This document shows positions 57,451-63,262 of a stretch of 63,262 nt of DNA, piece by piece. Positions within the stretch are counted from its first letter, which is position 1; each line of letters starts with the position of its first letter. The translations under genes and the position numbers were made by a program. The notes beneath the pieces were generated by a model that made no database searches, was not told the origin of the DNA, and saw only the letters and a list, made by a program, of their open reading frames with translations. This stretch comes from Thermodesulfobacteriota bacterium (GTDB taxonomy: Bacteria; Desulfobacterota; Desulfobulbia; Desulfobulbales; SURF-16). The DNA lies in the NCBI GenBank assembly GCA_034723545.1, contig JAYEPA010000262.1, positions 1 through 63,262 on the forward strand, written 5' to 3'.

Positions 57451-57798
57451 GTGGGTTGAGGAAATTGTAAAATTTTTTCTCGCGGGGCCTGCGGGAAGAC
57501 GGAGGCTTCTTTATTTTTTTGCTAATCGTGATCGTGAGAGTTGTTCATGAAAGATCTCAAGATAAGCAACATCATTAGCTAGCAGGGATAAAGGTTGATG
57601 TCAATACTTGTTTTCAATCACGCTGTTTTATTGTATATTATATGATTCTGTTGGTTTTTGGAAACAGGATGATTACTGTCTCAATGAATTTGGAACGGCT
57701 CAGCTGATAAGGTTCAGATAGAGTTCATGTTTTCCGAATCTTGAAGTTGAATAATAACGAAAATTACAGTTGCCGGCCCGGCCGGTTAAGGAGGAAAA

Positions 57799-58965
57799 AT
57801 GGGAGGATATCTTTTTACATCGGAATCCGTATCCGAAGGTCATCCCGATAAGGTTGCAGACCAGGTATCGGACGCGATTCTGGATTCAATTTTGACCCAC
57901 GATAAAACGGCGCGGGTGGCCTGCGAGACCATGGTGACAACAGGCATGGTCATCATTGCCGGAGAAATCACCACCAACGCCTGGGTGGATATGCCCCAGA
58001 TCGTTCGAAATACAGTCGAGGAGATCGGTTATAATTCGTCGGATATGGGCTTTGACTCCCAGTCCTGCGCCGTGCTCACCAGCATTGACAAGCAGTCGGT
58101 TGATATTGCCCAGGGTGTGAACGAAGGAGCCGGGGTTGATCTTAATCAGGGTGCCGGGGACCAGGGGTTGATGTTTGGCTATGCCTGTACCGAGACCAGG
58201 GTTTTGATGCCCATGCCCATCACCTATGCCCACCGCCTTATGAAGAGGCAGGCCGAGGTGCGTAAGGCTGGTCGGTTGCCCTGGCTGCGGCCGGACGCCA
58301 AGAGCCAGGTCACCATTGAGTATGACGGCAGCACGCCGAAACGGGTTGAGGCCCTGGTGATTTCCACCCAGCATGATCCTACGGTGGATTATGAGGATTT
58401 GAAGGAAGGGGTGATGGAAGAGATCATCAAGCCGGTTATTCCTGAAATAATGATGGACAAGGACACTAAGATTTTCATCAATCCCACCGGTCGTTTCGTC
58501 ATTGGCGGCCCGGTTGGTGATTGCGGCGTTACCGGCCGCAAGATTATCGTCGATACCTATGGCGGCCGGGGCTCCCATGGCGGCGGCGCTTTTTCCGGCA
58601 AGGATCCTTCCAAGGTGGATCGTTCTTCATCCTATATGGGCCGCTATGTGGCGAAAAATATCGTGGCAGCCGGTATTGCCTCCGAGGTGGAGGTGCAGAT
58701 TGCCTATGCCATCGGTATTTCCAAACCGGTTTCCATAAATGTCAATACCTTCGGCACCGGCAAGATCAGCAATGAGCAGCTTAGATTACTGATTGATGAA
58801 CATTTTGACCTGCGGCCCAAGGCCATTATTGAGCATCTTGATCTCCTGCGGCCAATTTACCGGAATACTGCGGCCTATGGCCATTTTGGCCGGGAGCGGG
58901 CCGAGTTCAGCTGGGAGAAAACAGATAAGGCCGACATCCTGCGTGATGCGGCGGGTATTAAATAG
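57799..58965 (+). CDS. metK: S-adenosylmethionine synthetase
   Basis: [29 protein letters not shown] and [16 protein letters not shown] motifs. AAGGAGG RBS. Confidence 0.97.
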   Translation: MGGYLFTSESVSEGHPDKVADQVSDAILDSILTHDKTARVACETMVTTGMVIIAGEITTNAWVDMPQIVRNTVEEIGYNSSDMGFDSQSCAVLTSIDKQSVDIAQGVNEGAGVDLNQGAGDQGLMFGYACTETRVLMPMPITYAHRLMKRQAEVRKAGRLPWLRPDAKSQVTIEYDGSTPKRVEALVISTQHDPTVDYEDLKEGVMEEIIKPVIPEIMMDKDTKIFINPTGRFVIGGPVGDCGVTGRKIIVDTYGGRGSHGGGAFSGKDPSKVDRSSSYMGRYVAKNIVAAGIASEVEVQIAYAIGISKPVSINVNTFGTGKISNEQLRLLIDEHFDLRPKAIIEHLDLLRPIYRNTAAYGHFGRERAEFSWEKTDKADILRDAAGIK

Positions 58966-59293
58966 TTCTTGAACGGAAAGTCCCAATCCTAATGATAACA
59001 CGGGTTGTGGGCTCTTCTTTGTGGCTAAGATTTATTAAAAAGCCGTTAGTGTTTAGCTTTTAGCCATTAACAGCTAATCGCTAAAATTTTCATTATAGAA
59101 TCGGATTTTAACATCTTGAATAAAGGTTGTTTTTGACTTTTTACGAGATCATCTTGGATTGAGCGTTTCTAATTTTGGAAAGTTATTTTTTTAAAATCAG
59201 AAACGCTCAATTTGGGTTAAGCAGTTCAGTTTTAAAATAAACTGAATCAATATTATTGCAAGAATTCTTATAACGAGAAAATAGGGAATCAAG

Positions 59294-60598
59294 ATGAGCG
59301 ATGTAATTAAAAACGGCGACTTCAAAGTCGCTGATCTGTCACTGGCCGAATGGGGCCGGAAGGAAATTCAAATTGCCGAGACTGAAATGCCCGGCCTGAT
59401 GTCGGTGCGGGAGCAGTATCGCGGCCAGAAGCCATTGAAAGGGGCCAAGATCGGCGGCTGTCTGCACATGACCATTCAGACGGCCGTCCTCATGGAGACC
59501 CTGGTTGATCTCGGGGCCGAGGTGCGTTGGTCATCCTGTAATATTTTCTCCACCCAGGATCATGCCGCTGCGGCCATGGCCGAAGCCGGCATCCCGGTCT
59601 TTGCCTGGAAGGGCGAGACCGAGGAGGAGTTCTGGTGGTGTATTGATCAGACGATCTTTGGCCCGGACGGCTGGCGGCCTGATATGATCCTTGATGATGG
59701 CGGTGATCTGACCCTGGTGATGCATGAGAAATACCCTGAACTCATGGACAATGTTAAGGGAATCAGCGAGGAGACCACCACCGGTGTTCTGCGCCTGAAC
59801 GAGATGATGCGGGACGGTACCCTGAAGGCCCCGGCCTTTAACGTCAATGATTCAGTGACCAAGTCTAAATTTGATAATCTCTATGGCTGCCGGGAGTCAC
59901 TGCTTGACGGGATTAAGCGGGCCACCGATGTCATGGTGGCTGGTAAAATTGCAGTGGTCTGCGGTTACGGCGATGTGGGCAAGGGCTGTGCCCAGGCTTT
60001 CCGCGGCATGGGTGCCACTGTTTTGGTGACCGAGATTGATCCCATCTGCGCCTTGCAGGCTTCTATGGAGGGTTACCGGGTAGTGACCATGGAGGAGGCC
60101 GCGCCGCTTGGTGAGATTTTTGTTACCTGCACCGGTAATCTCAGGGTCATTGGCCGCGGTCACATGGACAAGATGAAGGATCAGGCCATTGTCTGCAACA
60201 TTGGCCATTTTGACAGTGAGATTGATATTGCCGGTATTCGGGATTTGCCTTGGGAAAATATTAAGCCCCAGGTGGATCATGTTGTCTTTCCGGACGGCAA
60301 ACGGATCATTATTCTGGCCGAGGGCAGGCTGGTGAATCTGGGCTGCGCCACCGGCCATCCCAGCTTTGTGATGAGTAACTCCTTTGCCAACCAGGTACTG
60401 GCCCAGATCGAGCTCTGGCAGAACCAGGGGGATTACGAGAACCAGGTTTACTTTTTGCCGAAAAAACTTGATGAAATGGTGGCCCGGCTTCATCTGGGTA
60501 AAATCGGCGTCAATCTTACCACTCTGACCCAGGAGCAGGCCGATTACATCAGTGTGGATATTGAAGGGCCGTACAAGCCTGACTATTACAGATATTAG
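59294..60598 (+). CDS. ahcY: adenosylhomocysteinase
   Basis: [21 protein letters not shown] and HFDSEID motifs. Confidence 0.97.
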   Translation: MSDVIKNGDFKVADLSLAEWGRKEIQIAETEMPGLMSVREQYRGQKPLKGAKIGGCLHMTIQTAVLMETLVDLGAEVRWSSCNIFSTQDHAAAAMAEAGIPVFAWKGETEEEFWWCIDQTIFGPDGWRPDMILDDGGDLTLVMHEKYPELMDNVKGISEETTTGVLRLNEMMRDGTLKAPAFNVNDSVTKSKFDNLYGCRESLLDGIKRATDVMVAGKIAVVCGYGDVGKGCAQAFRGMGATVLVTEIDPICALQASMEGYRVVTMEEAAPLGEIFVTCTGNLRVIGRGHMDKMKDQAIVCNIGHFDSEIDIAGIRDLPWENIKPQVDHVVFPDGKRIIILAEGRLVNLGCATGHPSFVMSNSFANQVLAQIELWQNQGDYENQVYFLPKKLDEMVARLHLGKIGVNLTTLTQEQADYISVDIEGPYKPDYYRY

Positions 60599-60715
60599 AT
60601 GTCGGATTTCGGAGGGCGGATTTCGCGAAGAGAGATGTAGTTGTTTCTAAATCCGAAATCCGCAGGTAAGCGAGTCCGCGAGACTCCGATCGAAAATCCA
60701 AATTCAAGGAGTTCC

Positions 60716-61720
60716 ATGTCCAATTTACCCGCATATATCCGGTTCCTGATGGAAGGCAATGCCTTTCCCCATTCGGCAGCCGATGTCAAACTGGTGCAGA
60801 CTCATATTTCCTATGTCGTTCTGGCCGGTGATTTTGTCTATAAGTTCAAGAAACCGGTGGATTTCGGTTTTTTGAACTTCACCACCCTGGAAAAACGTAA
60901 ATATTACTGTGAACAAGAGCTGGTTTTAAACAGAAGGCTCTGCCCGTCTATCTACGAGGGGTTGGTGACCATCAATCAGGATGGTGATGCTTTATCTCTG
61001 AACGGTTCCGGTGACGCCATCGAGTATGGCATCAAGATGGTCCGCATGCCTGAGGAGAGGATGATGGCCAATGTCATCAAGGCCGGCCAGCTCACAGAAA
61101 AGATGCTTGACGATATTGTCGACATTCTGGCGCCATTTTACGAAAAAGCCGATAAGGCGGCCGCAGAGTTCGGAACACCCGAGTCTGTTGCTGTTAATGT
61201 CCTGGAGAATTTCGATCAGACCAGGGATTTTATTGGTTCCGATGCTCTTTCCCAGGAACAGTTTGACGCAATCAGCAGCTATTCCCGGGATTTTTTAGCT
61301 CAAAGCGAGCTGTTCGCCCGCCGGATTAATGACGGGAAAATCAGGGATTGCCACGGTGATCTTTATTCTGCTAATATTTGTCTGGCCGATCATGTCTATA
61401 TCTATGACTGCATCGAATTTAATGAGCGGTTCCGTTATGCCGATGTGGCCGCAGACGTGGCCTTCATGGCCATGGATCTTGATTTCTGGCATCTTGAAGA
61501 CCTGTCCCGCCGCTTTATTGACCATTTTGTCGAAGTTTCAGGCGATGAAGGTGTGCGTGATATGCTTGATTTTTATAAATGTTACCGGGCCTATGTCCGG
61601 GGCAAGATCGGCCTGTTCACGGCCCATGCGCCGGAGGTGGACGAGGCTGCCAGGCAGCAGGCTCTTGACCAGGCCGGCAAATATTTTGACCTGGCCCTGA
61701 AATATGCCACAGCCTCCTGA
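60716..61720 (+). CDS. phosphotransferase (aminoglycoside/choline kinase-like, APH fold) family protein
   Basis: VQTHISYVVLAGDFVYKFKKP N-terminus and HGDLYSANI catalytic loop. AAGGAG RBS before the ATG at 60716. Confidence 0.75.
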   Translation: MSNLPAYIRFLMEGNAFPHSAADVKLVQTHISYVVLAGDFVYKFKKPVDFGFLNFTTLEKRKYYCEQELVLNRRLCPSIYEGLVTINQDGDALSLNGSGDAIEYGIKMVRMPEERMMANVIKAGQLTEKMLDDIVDILAPFYEKADKAAAEFGTPESVAVNVLENFDQTRDFIGSDALSQEQFDAISSYSRDFLAQSELFARRINDGKIRDCHGDLYSANICLADHVYIYDCIEFNERFRYADVAADVAFMAMDLDFWHLEDLSRRFIDHFVEVSGDEGVRDMLDFYKCYRAYVRGKIGLFTAHAPEVDEAARQQALDQAGKYFDLALKYATAS

Positions 61721-62279
61721 ATTAGTCGTTTTTTTCGGCCTTATCGCTACGGGCAAGAGTACCCTGGCCCAGACCTGGGCAAAATCCCGCTCCATGGAGT
61801 ATTATAATTCCGACCGGGTGCGCAAGGAACTTGCCGGGCTTGCTGCCCAGTGCAGCCGCAAGGAAAGTCTGGACCAGGGCATCTATTCCAAAGAGTTTTC
61901 CCGTAAAACTTACACGGCCCTGCTGGAAAGAGCTGAAGAGAATCTTCGTGCAGGCAGATCCGTGGTCTTGGACGGTTCCTATCAGGCCATTGAAGAACGA
62001 GAGAGAATCCGTGAACTGGCCAGGCGATATCAGGCCCCAGTCTGTTTTGTTCTCTGTCAGTGTCCTGAGTCCATCCTTAAGGAGAGGCTCGTGATGCGGG
62101 CCAATGATCCTAACGCGGTCTCGGACGGACGCTGGGAGATTTACCTTGAACAGAAGAAACGATTTTCTCCCCCTGATGAGCTGGAAAAGACCGAGCTTCT
62201 GGTCTTTTCCACCGAGGGTGAGGTTGATGTCTTAATAAATGAGCTGACGCACAAATTGGAGGAAAAAACAGGACGATGA
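61704..62279 (+). CDS. P-loop kinase-like ATP-binding protein (AAA_33-like)
   Basis: Walker A GLIATGKST. Overlaps the upstream gene by 17 nt. From memory, the two domains occur fused in other bacteria (bifunctional aminoglycoside phosphotransferase/ATP-binding protein annotation). Confidence 0.75.
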   Translation: MPQPPELVVFFGLIATGKSTLAQTWAKSRSMEYYNSDRVRKELAGLAAQCSRKESLDQGIYSKEFSRKTYTALLERAEENLRAGRSVVLDGSYQAIEERERIRELARRYQAPVCFVLCQCPESILKERLVMRANDPNAVSDGRWEIYLEQKKRFSPPDELEKTELLVFSTEGEVDVLINELTHKLEEKTGR

Positions 62280-63064
62280 TATCAATTGAAAGCCTCAAAC
62301 TTTTTCTTTACTGGGGCGGTATTGTCGTTTTTCTGCTGCTCGAACTGAAATTTTCCTACCGTTCTCCATCCGTTTCCAAGTCCAGGCGCTGGCTGGCTAA
62401 TCTGCCCCTGTCCATTGTCAACGGCCTCGTCTATCATGCCTGTTATTTCACCGTTCTCATGGGTGTTCTGGTTCTTTCCGCCGAAAAAAATCTTGGCCTG
62501 TTGAATGCATTTTCGCTGCCCATGTGGCTGAAAACCGTGCTGGGTATTCTGATCCTTGATTTTTTTATCTATATCTGGCATCTGCTCAACCATGAGGTGC
62601 CTTTTTTCTGGCGTTTTCATCGCGTCCATCATTCCGATATGAATATGGATGTTTCCACCGCCAACCGTTTTCATATTGGCGAGCTGCTGCTCTCCGGTCT
62701 GTTGCGCCTGGCCGTGGTCTATACCTTCGGCATCCCCCTCACCGCTTATTTCCTTTTTGAGATTCTGGTTAATCTGTCAATTCAGTTTCATCACAGCTCC
62801 ATCCGTATCAATCCCGCCTTTGAAAGGGTCTGGATGCTGTTCTTTATCCCGCCTTCCATGCACCGCATTCATCATTCGGTGAAAATCCGCGAGCGCGATT
62901 CAAATTACGGGGTCCTTTTTTCAATCTGGGATCGTTGTCTCGGCACGCTGATATCCCGCGTTGATCAGGACAAGATGGTGATCGGCATCGGTTCCCATCG
63001 CAATTTTGCCAGGCTTAATTTTTGGCATCTGATGCTGATGCCTTTTACTAAGAAAACCCTGTAG
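62276..63064 (+). CDS. fatty acid hydroxylase / sterol desaturase family membrane protein
   Basis: Histidine boxes HLLNH, HRVHHSD and HRIHHS. Overlaps the upstream gene by 4 nt. Confidence 0.8.
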   Translation: MISIESLKLFLYWGGIVVFLLLELKFSYRSPSVSKSRRWLANLPLSIVNGLVYHACYFTVLMGVLVLSAEKNLGLLNAFSLPMWLKTVLGILILDFFIYIWHLLNHEVPFFWRFHRVHHSDMNMDVSTANRFHIGELLLSGLLRLAVVYTFGIPLTAYFLFEILVNLSIQFHHSSIRINPAFERVWMLFFIPPSMHRIHHSVKIRERDSNYGVLFSIWDRCLGTLISRVDQDKMVIGIGSHRNFARLNFWHLMLMPFTKKTL

Positions 63065-63124
63065 GGGAAAAGGGTTGAGGATTCTGGACGGGAATATGGA
63101 GATTGTTACGATGAAGGTAAATTT

Positions 63125-63262
63125 AGTCCCTTAGGAATTATTTTCGTGTTATTTGTGGCAAAAAATTCAAAAACTTCTTTGAAATAAACAACTCGAAGGT
63201 CTCTCTCAGTTCGCTATCTGCCTCTACTGTTAAGGGACTTATCCTAAAAAACCTGATGTTTT
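63125..63262 (+). repeat. dispersed repeat family B, uninterrupted copy (truncated by window end)
   Basis: agtcccttag ... ttaagggact inverted termini (63125-63239), with further homology to copy 5756-6126 running to the window edge. Confidence 0.75.

Noticed and set aside
57451-57798. SAM riboswitch upstream of metK, and SAH riboswitch upstream of ahcY (58966-59293)
   Set aside because: I could not match any SAM-I, SAM-II/V, SAM-SAH or SAH consensus segments by eye. It is kept only as something to test with covariance models.

Overview
The 63.3-kb window is a densely coded, mostly housekeeping chromosomal segment. Its gene content looks like a Desulfobacterota (delta-proteobacterial anaerobe) genome, which is an inference from content only. 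I support about 60 protein genes. In order: hydantoinase-B-like; engB-hisG-hisI; a Tat-signal superoxide-reductase-like protein; OMP-slyD-thiD; acs; mltA-pilT; cbiB; a gltD-like oxidoreductase; a split atpZ-atpI-atpB-atpE operon; hemL; rimO; an HU/IHF protein; rluB-type; a UbiD-family decarboxylase; a PilZ protein; yjbQ; sirC-ccsA/hemX-hemA; rpmH-rnpA-yidD-yidC-jag; recO; surA-like; mfd; bamA; lolCD; lysS; a MetE-like/metK/ahcY methyl-cycle cluster; and an overlapping kinase-like/P-loop/hydroxylase trio. I saw no rRNA, tRNA, CRISPR array, transposase, integrase or reverse transcriptase. I could not identify a clear multi-gene novel defence-type system. The unusual content is mostly non-coding. 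(1) There are several families of 70-190 bp inverted-repeat (MITE-like) elements, including a nested insertion whose empty site is preserved elsewhere in the window, giving clean 8-bp target-site duplications. (2) Short tandem arrays of 7-8 nt units with a CCTT/AAGG core recur immediately next to start or stop codons at six or more loci. (3) Downstream of pilT lies a patch that looks lower in GC by eye. It holds a zinc-ribbon/pseudo-receiver gene, a decayed tandem paralog broken at two poly-A tracts, and a frameshifted DUF3391/HD-GYP gene. All identities and motif matches were judged by eye. Family names come from memory of conserved motifs, not from searches.
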